A stretch of DNA of 64,000 bases from Nitrospirota bacterium (GTDB lineage: Bacteria; Nitrospirota; Thermodesulfovibrionia; Thermodesulfovibrionales; Dissulfurispiraceae), in the NCBI GenBank assembly GCA_963790025.1, contig CAWBMP010000004.1:320001-384000 (forward strand), written 5' to 3'. Within the stretch, counting starts at the first letter, position 1. Each line of letters opens with the position of its first letter. Positions 1-9,162 of this stretch are shown here, one piece after another. Made by a program: the position numbers and the translations under genes. The notes under the pieces are model-generated. The model saw only the letters and a program-made list of their open reading frames with translations. It made no database searches and was not told the origin of the DNA.

Positions 1-366
1 GATTAGTCCGACTTCGACCGGCCGGGAGACGGCGTTGAACACAATAGGTGTGTTTTTGAATTTACCTTTTAGTACATCAGCAACCGTTGTTCCAAATGCA
101 TAAATAACCATATATTTTTTGTATTCGAGGGATTGAATGATTTCGCTCAGTTTGTTCCTGTCTTGTTTTGCATCAATGACAGTGAACTGGAAGTGATACT
201 TATCGGATTTCTTCAACCTGTCCTGATACGCTCTTTCCGCGTCTGTCATCCCGCGCCACAGGACCATGGCGATATTTATATTCTCTTTCGCCCATGATGG
301 AACAGCGCCGACTGCAGTCAGCATCACGGCAATAAGCAAAACAGATAATCTTAGATGTAATTTCAT
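1..366 (-). CDS. ABC transporter substrate-binding protein, N-terminal part (runs off window start)
   Basis: Manual translation from ATG at 366: MKLHLRLSVLLIAVMLTAVGAVPSWAKENINIAMVLWRG...FGTTVA...TPIVFNAVSRPV. Signal peptide, GGAGG RBS; TPIVFxAVxxPV is typical of ABC_sub_bind proteins. Confidence 0.7.
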   Translation of the reverse strand, partial: MKLHLRLSVLLIAVMLTAVGAVPSWAKENINIAMVLWRGMTDAERAYQDRLKKSDKYHFQFTVIDAKQDRNKLSEIIQSLEYKKYMVIYAFGTTVADVLKGKFKNTPIVFNAVSRPVEVGLI

Positions 367-524
367 ACAGCCTCCACCGTATTTTGTCGACAATTGACCC
401 GGGGCATATCTGCTTCTTATTTATTCCTGATTTGTGCCTATGTCGTCTTGGTCCCGTTCCCGCTCAGATACTGAAGCATAGCACTACACGGTCCTGATCA
501 AACCGGATCCCGAGGCTTCTTTAA

Positions 525-1001
525 CTACCTAAGCATGGCGCACCCGATCACAAGGTCATCAATCCTCTCGAAATATGCAGTCCTGACTTCGATTTCATTT
601 GACTTTGGCTTTCTAAGCCTATAATCAACCCAACCGCTTCCCTTTTTCTTGGCTACGGTAATAATCTCTTTGCGGAACAGTTTGCCATCTTCATCAGGCA
701 CATCTGTGAGATTCTTCCCAACGAGGTGAGGAAGTGTAGAATTTGCCAGTGAAGTTCCCTTTAAATCGTAAGCAAATACGTGCATTGCCTTTGATCTATC
801 CACAAACTTTCCATTGGGATTGTTAAATTCTTCAAGCGTTTTTTTCAGGGTGTTGACCTTATAGTAAGATATGGCTTTCTTGACCATAGCAATTGCCATC
901 GCCTTTTTATCAGCCTTCTCCGCAGCAAGGCCGATACTTGCAAACATCATCAGCAAAGCAAACAACGCTGCTAATGCCGAACAGTTCATTATCTTTCTCA
1001 C
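525..1001 (-). CDS. Secreted single Cache-domain protein
   Basis: Signal peptide; FAYDLKG...LVGKNLTDVPDEDGKLF...GSGWVDY pattern of sCache_2 domains. Confidence 0.8.
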   Translation of the reverse strand: MRKIMNCSALAALFALLMMFASIGLAAEKADKKAMAIAMVKKAISYYKVNTLKKTLEEFNNPNGKFVDRSKAMHVFAYDLKGTSLANSTLPHLVGKNLTDVPDEDGKLFRKEIITVAKKKGSGWVDYRLRKPKSNEIEVRTAYFERIDDLVIGCAMLR

Positions 1002-1145
1002 AGGACACCCATTTTATTTATTTTCAAAACAACTCCCTGCATGTCATTTAATTGTCACTTTGTTCCGGCCCGCGTTATTATAGCACACTCAGAGTAGTAG
1101 ATGATCATTAATTTTCGTTCCTCTTTCTGCCTTCCTCTATCTTTT

Positions 1146-1781
1146 TCACACTCCCCGCTCTTCAGGACCATAAATATATTTGTGCAGTTGAAGATTGAGC
1201 CTGACCCGTAGCCGGTCCTCGAGTATCCATCGGGAGAGGTCCCCAGGTGAGAGGACCCCAAAAACAGGCGCCAACAGGATGGTGCAAATGCCGGATAATT
1301 CGTGCTTTCCTATAAAATCCCTCGTCCATTCATAGTCTCCTCTATCGGCAATAACAAATTTAAGTTCATCCTGCGGCTTTAACAGCCTTAGGTTCCCGGC
1401 CTCCAGCCTATCGGACATGGCACTCCCGGGAGTTTTAATATCCATAATTATTATCGCCCTGCGGTCAACCCTGCTGATGTTTACGCTTCCATTTGTCTCG
1501 ACCAACACCTTAAACCCGCTGTCGAGAAGCCTCTTTATGAGCGAAAATGCCTCCTCCTGCATCAGCGGCTCGCCACCGGTAATTTCAACAGTGTTTATCC
1601 CGTAAGAAACAGCTTGCTTAAAAACATCATCTTCGGTCATCTCCAGTCCTTCTTCATACGCATAGGCGGTATCACAATAAGCACACCGGAGATTACAGCC
1701 GCTCATCCTGATAAAAATACAGGGGATACCTGCATAGGTCGATTCACCCTGAATGCTGGTAAAAATTTCACAAATCTTCAT
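1146..1781 (-). CDS. queE: 7-carboxy-7-deazaguanine synthase (radical SAM)
   Basis: EIFTSIQGE, CNLRCAYCDT, ITGGEP, ETNG, C-terminal QLHK motifs. Confidence 0.9.
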   Translation of the reverse strand: MKICEIFTSIQGESTYAGIPCIFIRMSGCNLRCAYCDTAYAYEEGLEMTEDDVFKQAVSYGINTVEITGGEPLMQEEAFSLIKRLLDSGFKVLVETNGSVNISRVDRRAIIIMDIKTPGSAMSDRLEAGNLRLLKPQDELKFVIADRGDYEWTRDFIGKHELSGICTILLAPVFGVLSPGDLSRWILEDRLRVRLNLQLHKYIYGPEERGV

Positions 1782-1882
1782 ATTCAGACTTTATCATGTT
1801 CTGTTAAGGGTGGTCAAAATGTTACAATGACTTTACGGATATACATCAGTTCAGGGTGTTTGTGTCCGTAAAGGAGGAAACA

Positions 1883-2308
1883 ATGAATTTTTGGTCGAAA
1901 GTAAAAAGAGATTTGCAAAAAGGGGTCGATGACGGCTTGGCCTTTGTCAAGGAAGGTGCGGCAGTCGTTATCAAGAAAGCTGAGGAACTCACAGATGAAG
2001 GGAAAAGGCGTTATGTCCTTTACGAAATGAAGGCTAAGGTGCAAAAGGAAATCGCGGAACTCGGCGGACAGGTGTACGAAGTGAGCTCAACAATGAAAAA
2101 TCCCATGCTCGACAGCAAAGTAAAAGATATCACTGCCCGCATCAGGCGGCTTGAGACTGAAATACTTAAGCTTGAGGGCAAGCAGGCTCCAGCAAAAAAA
2201 GCTCCAGTAAAAAAGGGTGCGGCAAAAAAGACCGCAACAAAAAAAGCACCGGCAAAAAAAGCCGCCCCCCCAAAAGCTCCGCTCATGCCGTCAACAACAT
2301 CTAACTAA
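1883..2308 (+). CDS. Hypothetical coiled-coil protein with Lys/Ala/Pro-rich (PAKK) tail
   Basis: AGGAGG RBS before ATG 1883; tail APAKKAPVKKGAAKKTATKKAPAKK. Confidence 0.75.
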   Translation: MNFWSKVKRDLQKGVDDGLAFVKEGAAVVIKKAEELTDEGKRRYVLYEMKAKVQKEIAELGGQVYEVSSTMKNPMLDSKVKDITARIRRLETEILKLEGKQAPAKKAPVKKGAAKKTATKKAPAKKAAPPKAPLMPSTTSN

Positions 2309-2315
2309 TATAAAA

Positions 2316-2386
2316 GAAGAAAGTACAGGGGAAGTCTGTTTATCGGCGCATTGCACAGATAAACAGACTTCCCCTGTACTTTCTTC
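2316..2386. repeat. Perfect 29-bp inverted repeat (REP/REPIN-like, family A copy 1)
   Basis: gaagaaagtacaggggaagtctgtttatc (2316-2344) and its exact reverse complement (2358-2386), 13-nt loop. Confidence 0.9.
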
Positions 2387-2446
2387 CTAAACTTTCTTTT
2401 ATAGGACGCTCCTATCAATAAACGCTGTTACTTAGGAAAAAGCTAT

Positions 2447-2475
2447 TTGACACATAGATATCAAAACAGTATTAA
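2447..2475 (+). promoter_or_regulatory. Putative sigma70 promoter for yedF
   Basis: TTGACA-N17-TATTAA. Confidence 0.5.
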
Positions 2476-2582
2476 TTAAACATTGCACTCGAAGCATATA
2501 AGTTCACAGCGGGGTCCCCGCAAGAAGTGTGGGCTTCCAAGCCAAAAGGCACATACTTGTTGGGGTGGTGAAGGAGAACTCT

Positions 2583-3185
2583 ATGATAGTGGATGCGAGA
2601 GGTATGGGCTGTCCCAAACCGGTGTTGCTGGCCGAGAATGCCCTGTCCGGAATAGGTGAAGGCATTATTGATGTCTTGATTGATAACGAGGCATCTGTAA
2701 AAAATCTCATGCGTTTTGCTTCAAAAAACGGTTTTTATTCGGAGGATTCCAAAGAGGATGGGTACTGGAAGGTCCGGATCGTTAAAGGATATTCCTGCGA
2801 AGTGCCGGGCACTCAAATCGCCGGTGACCAGGGTGTTGAGAGCCCGGACAAAGATGTGCTGCTCATTATAGGATCTGATACGATCGGCAAAGACGAGACG
2901 TTGGGGAAAATTCTCATGAAGGGATTTTTTGAGACGATGAAACTGACCAAGGAGGTCCCCCATACCATTTTTTTCCTCAATACCGCTGTTAAACTAACCA
3001 CCATGGACCAGGAAATGATAGCTATTCTTCGTGACATTGAGAAAATGGGCGTGGAAATCTTTTCATGCGGGACTTGCCTTAAACACTACGATCTTGAAAA
3101 GTCCCTGATGATCGGCTACCGCGGCACAACAAATCATATAGTGGAAGGGATTAATACTTTCGACAAAACGGTCTGGATCGGATAA
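2583..3185 (+). CDS. yedF: Sulfurtransferase-like selenium metabolism protein (TusA/SirA + DsrE-like)
   Basis: VDARGMGCPKPV N-terminus, LGKILMKGFF, SCGTCL; AAGGAG RBS. Confidence 0.85.
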   Translation: MIVDARGMGCPKPVLLAENALSGIGEGIIDVLIDNEASVKNLMRFASKNGFYSEDSKEDGYWKVRIVKGYSCEVPGTQIAGDQGVESPDKDVLLIIGSDTIGKDETLGKILMKGFFETMKLTKEVPHTIFFLNTAVKLTTMDQEMIAILRDIEKMGVEIFSCGTCLKHYDLEKSLMIGYRGTTNHIVEGINTFDKTVWIG

Positions 3186-3186
3186 A

Positions 3187-3323
3187 ACAGTAAGCAGCCT
3201 GCAGCAGACAGTAAGCAGCAAAAGAAAAAGACAAAAGAGTTATCTTATATTGTCCTTTGCTGCATACTGCTCACTGCCTATTTGTTTTCTGCTTACTTCT
3301 TACTGCTTACTTCTTACTGCTTT
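3187..3323. repeat. Inverted array of 7-mer tandem repeats (cagtaag/cttactg) between convergent genes
   Basis: Left arm cagtaagcagc...cagtaagcagc; right arm ctgcttacttcttactgcttacttcttactgc overlapping the ppdK stop. Confidence 0.75.
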
Positions 3324-6082
3324 TTAAGCGCCGCTTGTGCCGCTGCGAACCGCGCTACAGGCACCCTGAAAGGAGAGCAACTTACATAATCAAGACCGAT
3401 TTTATGGCAGAATTCAACTGACTTCGGTTCTCCGCCATGTTCGCCGCATATTCCTATTTTCAGCTCTTTCTTGACATTCCTGCCCTTTTCCACAGCTATG
3501 CGCATAAATGAGCCCACCCCGACCTGGTCAATGGTAATGAAAGGATCCTCTTTCAATATTCCGTTCTCAATGTAGAAAGGCAGGAACCCTCCGGCATCGT
3601 CTCTGGATAATCCGTAAACGGTTTGAGTAAGGTCATTCGTTCCGAAAGAATAGAAATCGGCCTGTGTCGCAATATCGCCGGCAGTCATGCATGCGCGAGG
3701 CAATTCTATCATGGTCCCTACTGTATACGGGACTTTCACTTTATATGCTTTCAACACGCTGCTTGCAGTACAAACAGTGAGACGCCTGAGCAGTTCAAGT
3801 TCATTGACATGCCCGACGAGCGGAATCATGATCTCAGGTATCACTTTTACCTTTTCCCTGGTCAGCTCGCAGGCCGCTTCCATAATGGCCTGCACCTGCA
3901 TCTCGTATATTTCAGGATAGGTGACCCCGAGACGGCAGCCGCGGTGTCCGAGCATCGGATTAAACTCATGCAAAAACTTGTTCTTTACAACAAGCCGTTC
4001 GAAAGGAACATTCATGTCCAGGGCCAATTCGTGCAATTCTTCATCGGTACTGGGCAGAAATTCGTGGAGAGGCGGGTCGAGAAGCCTGATCGTGACCGGC
4101 AGGCCTGCCATGGCCTTGAAAATACCGATAAAATCGACCTTCTGGAAAGGCAGAAGTTTTGCCAGGGCCTTCTTTCTCCCTTCGACGGTATCGGAAAGAA
4201 TCATCTCCCGCACCGCTTTTATCCTGTCGGGACCGAAAAACATATGCTCTGTTCTGCATAGACCTATTCCCTGGGCGCCAAAATTTCTCGCAACAGCGGC
4301 ATCATTCGGCGTATCGGCGTTGGTCCTGACTTTTAAAGTCCTGAACAGGTCTGCCAACTTCATCATTTCCTTATACCAGGGATTGTTTTCAGGGTCAGCC
4401 GGCAATAACGGCAACTTTCCTTCATAAACACGGCCCTTCGTACCATTGAGCGTTATCCAGTCACCCTCCCTGATGGTCCTGCCGTTCACATGGATTTCTT
4501 TGTCAGCGGCATTAATCTGAAGTGCCGAAGCGCCCACAATACAGCATTTACCCCATCCCCTTGCAACGAGGGCCGCGTGGCTGGTCATTCCTCCCTTAGC
4601 CGTCAAAATGGCCTCAGCAGCATGCATACCGTGAACATCCTCGGGAGAAGTTTCATTTCTTACCAGTATGACTTTTTCTCCACGCTTAGCCCAGGCAGCG
4701 GCATCATCGGCACTGAACACCACCTTGCCAACCGCTCCGCCCGGACCTGCGGGAAGACCCTTCGCCACCTCAATTGCCTTTTTCTCCGCAACCGGATCCA
4801 CGCTCGGATGCAGAAGTTCATCGAACTGGTCAGGCTTCACGCGTAAAATAGCAGTTTCCCTTGTAATCAGCCTTTGTTTTGCCATGTCAACGGCCATGCG
4901 TATCGCTGCCTGGCCGGTGCGTTTTCCTACTCTTGTCTGGAGCATCCAAAGCCTTCCGTCCTCAATGGTAAATTCAATATCCTGCATGTCCGTGTAATGC
5001 CTTTCAAGCTTGTTCCTGATAGAAACCAACTCCTTATAGACTCGCGGCATTTTCTCTTCAAGGGAAGGAAGATGTTTGGTATCTTCTGTTTTTCCGGCAT
5101 TGTTCACCGGGTTAGGGGTCCTTATGCCTGCCACGACATCTTCACCCTGCGCATTGGGCAGCCATTCTCCGAAGAACGCGTTCTCCCCGGTAGCAGGATT
5201 TCTTGTGAAAGCGACTCCGGTGGCTGAATTTTCGCCGGTATTGCCGAAGACCATGGATTGGACACTGACTGCTGTGCCCCAGTCTTCTGGTATTTTCTCG
5301 ATCCTGCGGTAAGCAATGGCCCGCTTTCCCATCCACGACTGAAAAACCGCGCCAATACCGCCCCACAACTGCTCCTGGTGGTCATCAGGGAATTCCTTTT
5401 TAAGGGTATTTTTGATAATCACCTTGAACGTATCGCAGAGTTTTTTCAGGTCATCGACTGAAAGATCGGTATCGTTATTGTATCCTTTCTCCCTTTTCAC
5501 ACTTTCCAACGCATGCTCAAGCTTATGGCGAACGGCCTGTCCCTCAGCCGGCTCTATCCCGGCCGCCTTCTCCATTACCACATCTGAATACATCATCATC
5601 AGGCGTCGGTATGCGTCATAGATAAAGCGTTCATTATTGGTCTTTTTTATCAGACCCGGAATTGTTTTTGATGTCAGGCCCACATTCAGGACCGTTTCCA
5701 TCATGCCAGGCATCGAACTGCGGGCCCCCGAGCGCACCGATACAAGAAGGGGGTTTTCGGCGTTTCCAAATTTTTTGCCCAGGATTTTTTCCACTTTCCC
5801 CAGTGCGGCGTCAACCTGGGGCTTTAATTCAGAAGGATATTTCTTGTTGTCTTTGTAATAAAGCGTGCATACTTCAGTGGTGATCGTGAAACCGGGCGGG
5901 ACCGGAATGCCCAGATTGACCATCTCCGCAATATTGGCGCCCTTGCCACCCAGCAGGTTTTTCATCTCGGCCTTTCCGTCGGCCTTGCCTCCTCCAAAAA
6001 AATAAACGTACTTCTTCTTCGCAGTCTTTGCAACCGCAGCAGCTCGCGCACTCTTTTTTACATTCTTAACAACCGTTGCCAT
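3314..6082 (-). CDS. ppdK: Pyruvate, phosphate dikinase
   Basis: LLGGKGAN, VSVRSGA, GGMTSHAA phospho-His, GLCRTEHMF, GICGEHGG. Confidence 0.97.
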   Translation of the reverse strand: MATVVKNVKKSARAAAVAKTAKKKYVYFFGGGKADGKAEMKNLLGGKGANIAEMVNLGIPVPPGFTITTEVCTLYYKDNKKYPSELKPQVDAALGKVEKILGKKFGNAENPLLVSVRSGARSSMPGMMETVLNVGLTSKTIPGLIKKTNNERFIYDAYRRLMMMYSDVVMEKAAGIEPAEGQAVRHKLEHALESVKREKGYNNDTDLSVDDLKKLCDTFKVIIKNTLKKEFPDDHQEQLWGGIGAVFQSWMGKRAIAYRRIEKIPEDWGTAVSVQSMVFGNTGENSATGVAFTRNPATGENAFFGEWLPNAQGEDVVAGIRTPNPVNNAGKTEDTKHLPSLEEKMPRVYKELVSIRNKLERHYTDMQDIEFTIEDGRLWMLQTRVGKRTGQAAIRMAVDMAKQRLITRETAILRVKPDQFDELLHPSVDPVAEKKAIEVAKGLPAGPGGAVGKVVFSADDAAAWAKRGEKVILVRNETSPEDVHGMHAAEAILTAKGGMTSHAALVARGWGKCCIVGASALQINAADKEIHVNGRTIREGDWITLNGTKGRVYEGKLPLLPADPENNPWYKEMMKLADLFRTLKVRTNADTPNDAAVARNFGAQGIGLCRTEHMFFGPDRIKAVREMILSDTVEGRKKALAKLLPFQKVDFIGIFKAMAGLPVTIRLLDPPLHEFLPSTDEELHELALDMNVPFERLVVKNKFLHEFNPMLGHRGCRLGVTYPEIYEMQVQAIMEAACELTREKVKVIPEIMIPLVGHVNELELLRRLTVCTASSVLKAYKVKVPYTVGTMIELPRACMTAGDIATQADFYSFGTNDLTQTVYGLSRDDAGGFLPFYIENGILKEDPFITIDQVGVGSFMRIAVEKGRNVKKELKIGICGEHGGEPKSVEFCHKIGLDYVSCSPFRVPVARFAAAQAALKKQ

Positions 6083-6230
6083 CCAATCCCTCCAGCTCTA
6101 TGATTTAATATTTATAAGCGTGCGTATGGTCTCGTGCATTATATAGTAGAATACATTGGAAAAAGAAAAATTTCAACAAAACTGTAATAAAAGGACCGGC
6201 AGCGGCAGGCTGCTTCTCTACGCGCTGAAA

Positions 6231-7226
6231 CTACTTCGCTGTATTTATCGTCAGCCCATTGTATTCGATCAACCGCAGATCGTCCTCGTAGGTCCTGCCT
6301 GTAGTGGTAAGGTAATTTCCGGTGAGTATAGCATCGGCGCCTGCCATGAACACCATGGAATTGAATTCACCAAGCACCTGCAATCTGCCTCCACACACAC
6401 GTATTTGTTTGTCCGGCAAAATAAAGCGGTAAAGACTGATTATTCTAAGCGCCTCAAGGGGATGGAGATGTGCCTTTTCACCCAACCGGGTGCCTTTGAC
6501 CGGTATAAGAAAATTGATCGGTACAGAGTCAACACCCAGGTCCCTTAATGCAAAAGCCATTTCCACCCTATCGGTCCATGCCTCCCCGATGCCGAATATG
6601 CCTCCAGAGCATACCGAAAGCCCGGCAGAAAGCGCGTCCTCAATGGTACTAAGTTTGTCCTGATATGTATGGGTCCTGCAAATCTCCGGGAAAAACCTTT
6701 CGGATGTTTCAAGATTATGATGATACCGGACAAGGCCGCATTCCCTGAGATATGCCAGTTCCTCTTTGTTGAGAAGCCCGAGAGTGGCACAGGGCAAAAG
6801 ACCTATGCCACTGATGTCCTGAATCATGCCGCCTATCTTACCGAGTTCGTTTCTACCGACCTTTCTGCCGCTTGTAACGATGCAGAATCTCCTTACCCCG
6901 GCGCGTTTTGCCTCCACTGCCTTTTCAATTATTTTTCTTTTCTCCAGGAGAGGATAGACCGCGATGCCGGTCCCGGCCTTCGATGACTGGGCGCAGTACG
7001 AGCAGTCTTCAGAACACGCTCCTGATTTCGCATTGACAATAGCGCACAAATCGACACTGTCACCGCTGAAGCACTGTCGAATCCCGTTTGCCGCAGCAAA
7101 AAGATCGGCATCGGTATAATCAGCAACATCCTGTAACCCGCATATCCAAAGGGCATCAGCTGGAGTAATGGACCCTCCAGCGATCACCTTATCTCTCAGA
7201 GTTTCAATGCCGAAGCTCGAAATCAT
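6231..7226 (-). CDS. bioB: Biotin synthase
   Basis: CSEDCSYCAQS, YHHNLETS, CSGGIFG, VPINFL, GNYLTT. Confidence 0.95.
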   Translation of the reverse strand: MISSFGIETLRDKVIAGGSITPADALWICGLQDVADYTDADLFAAANGIRQCFSGDSVDLCAIVNAKSGACSEDCSYCAQSSKAGTGIAVYPLLEKRKIIEKAVEAKRAGVRRFCIVTSGRKVGRNELGKIGGMIQDISGIGLLPCATLGLLNKEELAYLRECGLVRYHHNLETSERFFPEICRTHTYQDKLSTIEDALSAGLSVCSGGIFGIGEAWTDRVEMAFALRDLGVDSVPINFLIPVKGTRLGEKAHLHPLEALRIISLYRFILPDKQIRVCGGRLQVLGEFNSMVFMAGADAILTGNYLTTTGRTYEDDLRLIEYNGLTINTAK

Positions 7227-7479
7227 CGAAGCCCTGAAATTGATTTTCCCAAATCAACTCTACCCCGGTAACATGCGAAGCAGGCGAACCCTGCTTGCAT
7301 TTCAGGATGGCCTGATCAATGACCTCCCGGTCCCCTTCAAAGACAGCCTCTACTCTGCCGTCAGGAAGGTTCCTTACCCATCCGCACAACCCCAATACGT
7401 CAGCGACATCACGGGTGAACCACCGGAAGTTCACTCCCTGCACTCGTCCCGATATATAAAGATGCGCCCTCGCCTTCAT
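7204..7479 (-). CDS. acyP: Acylphosphatase
   Basis: GRVQGVNFR, GWVRNLPDGRVEA. Confidence 0.92.
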   Translation of the reverse strand: MKARAHLYISGRVQGVNFRWFTRDVADVLGLCGWVRNLPDGRVEAVFEGDREVIDQAILKCKQGSPASHVTGVELIWENQFQGFDDFELRH

Positions 7480-7504
7480 TTTAGAATTATACAATACTAA
7501 TAAA

Positions 7505-7679
7505 GAAAGTGCAGGGACAGACTGTTTATCGGAGCAACAGCACGGGTCTGCCGTGACGGGGGCGAGTGACGCCGGGCCCCAACAGCGAATAGGCAGGAAT
7601 AACGCTGCTGCTATATAAATTTGGCATTGGAAGGAAAGTAGCTTTAGCGCGCAGAGAAACAGTCCGTCCCTGCACTTTC
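7505..7679. mobile_element. MITE/REPIN-like element (family A copy 2), 26-bp terminal inverted repeats
   Basis: gaaagtgcagggacagactgtttatc ... gagaaacagtccgtccctgcactttc (2 mismatches); arms resemble 2316-2386. Confidence 0.7.
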
Positions 7680-7682
7680 CTT

Positions 7683-8390
7683 TTATTCTCCCAGATACGC
7701 CTTTTTGACAGCCTCGTTGTCCAATAGCTCTTCCCTGCTCCCATGCATGGTGACTATCCCTCCCTCAAGCACGTAACCGCGGCTGGACAGCTTCAATGCG
7801 GCCCTGGCGTTCTGTTCGACCAGAAGTATTGTAACACCTTCGCTGTTGATGTCCCTGATCGTCCTGAATATCCTGCTCACCATAATAGGGGCCAGCCCAA
7901 GCGATGGTTCATCCAGTAACAGGAGTTTCGGGTCCGACATCAGCGCCCTTCCAACAGCCAGCATCTGCTGCTCCCCACCGCTCAAGGTGCCACCTGTCTG
8001 TTCCCCGCGGTCTCTGAGGACCGGAAAGAGATCAAAAACCTTTTCCATCTGCTTTTTCACCCTCCCCCTCGCCAGTTGCAGAATAAAGGCGCCCATTTCC
8101 AGGTTTTCAATTACAGTCAAACGCGGGAATATCCTCCGTCCCTCCGGCACCTGGCATATGCCCTTTTCGACGATCCTGTGAGGAGCATTATCGTTTATCG
8201 CCTCTCCCTCAAAAACAATATTTCCGGCGTCCGGCTGCATGATCCCGGAAATGGTCATCAGTGTCGTCGTCTTGCCGGCGCCATTGCTGCCTATGAGACA
8301 GACAATCTCACCATTGTGTACCTCAATGTCTATCCCACGAATGGCCTTTATGGGGCCATATGACGCATGGACGCCGCTAAGCTTTAACAC
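7683..8390 (-). CDS. livF: Branched-chain amino acid ABC transporter ATPase
   Basis: GSNGAGKT, QVPEGRRIF, LSGGEQQM, LLLDEPS; GTG start at 8390 preferred. Confidence 0.92.
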   Translation of the reverse strand: MLKLSGVHASYGPIKAIRGIDIEVHNGEIVCLIGSNGAGKTTTLMTISGIMQPDAGNIVFEGEAINDNAPHRIVEKGICQVPEGRRIFPRLTVIENLEMGAFILQLARGRVKKQMEKVFDLFPVLRDRGEQTGGTLSGGEQQMLAVGRALMSDPKLLLLDEPSLGLAPIMVSRIFRTIRDINSEGVTILLVEQNARAALKLSSRGYVLEGGIVTMHGSREELLDNEAVKKAYLGE

Positions 8391-9162
8391 CTGACTGCAC
8401 CGCCTCTCTTCCCAGGTATGCATCTATTACAAGCGGGTCGTTGCGCACCGCTTCGGGAATGCCTTCCGCAATTTTGACGCCGTGATCCAGAACGATAATC
8501 CACTCTGATATACCCATAACCAGTTTCATGTCGTGCTCTATTAGAACAATTGTTTTACCGAGATCTCTTATTTGCCCGATAAGCTTCATGACGTCCATGG
8601 TTTCGATCGCATTCATGCCCGCAGTCGGCTCATCGAGCAGCAGGAGTCTGGGCTCCGTAGCCAGCGCCCGCGCGATTTCAAGTCTCCTCTGGCTTCCATA
8701 GGAAAGATTACAGGCGGGTATGTGGGGAAAATCCTCCAGTCCCACAAATCCGACGTATTCAGCGGCCTTCTCAACTATGCACCGCTCCTTCCGCCTAAAG
8801 GCCCTGTCGTGCATCACAGCGCTAAACAGACCATAACGCATACGCACATGCTGGGCCACCATAACATTTTCAATGACCGTCATCTCAGGGAACAGTCGTA
8901 TGTTCTGAAAAGTTCGTGCAATGCCCAATCCGGTGACACGGTGTGGAGGCAGCTTAGATATTTCATGTTCCAGGAAATGTATTGAACCCCTGCCCGGACG
9001 CGTAATACCGGTGAGACAATTGAATAGCGTGGTTTTGCCGGCGCCGTTGGGCCCTATAATGCTGACAATAGCACCTTCCCTGATTTTGAAGCTGATATCC
9101 TCTATCGCCTTGATCCCGCCGAAATGTTTACTCACACCCCGCGTTTCTAAAATATGCACCAT
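8377..9162 (-). CDS. livG: Branched-chain amino acid ABC transporter ATPase
   Basis: GPNGAGKT, ARTFQNIRLF, LSYGSQRRLEIARAL. Confidence 0.92.
   Translation of the reverse strand: MVHILETRGVSKHFGGIKAIEDISFKIREGAIVSIIGPNGAGKTTLFNCLTGITRPGRGSIHFLEHEISKLPPHRVTGLGIARTFQNIRLFPEMTVIENVMVAQHVRMRYGLFSAVMHDRAFRRKERCIVEKAAEYVGFVGLEDFPHIPACNLSYGSQRRLEIARALATEPRLLLLDEPTAGMNAIETMDVMKLIGQIRDLGKTIVLIEHDMKLVMGISEWIIVLDHGVKIAEGIPEAVRNDPLVIDAYLGREAVQSGVKA

Noticed and set aside
395..520. Possible riboswitch upstream of the ABC binding protein
   Set aside because: No recognisable aptamer consensus on either strand
3623..5883. Numerous short ORFs overlapping ppdK
   Set aside because: Alternative-frame or antisense ORFs of a strongly conserved gene
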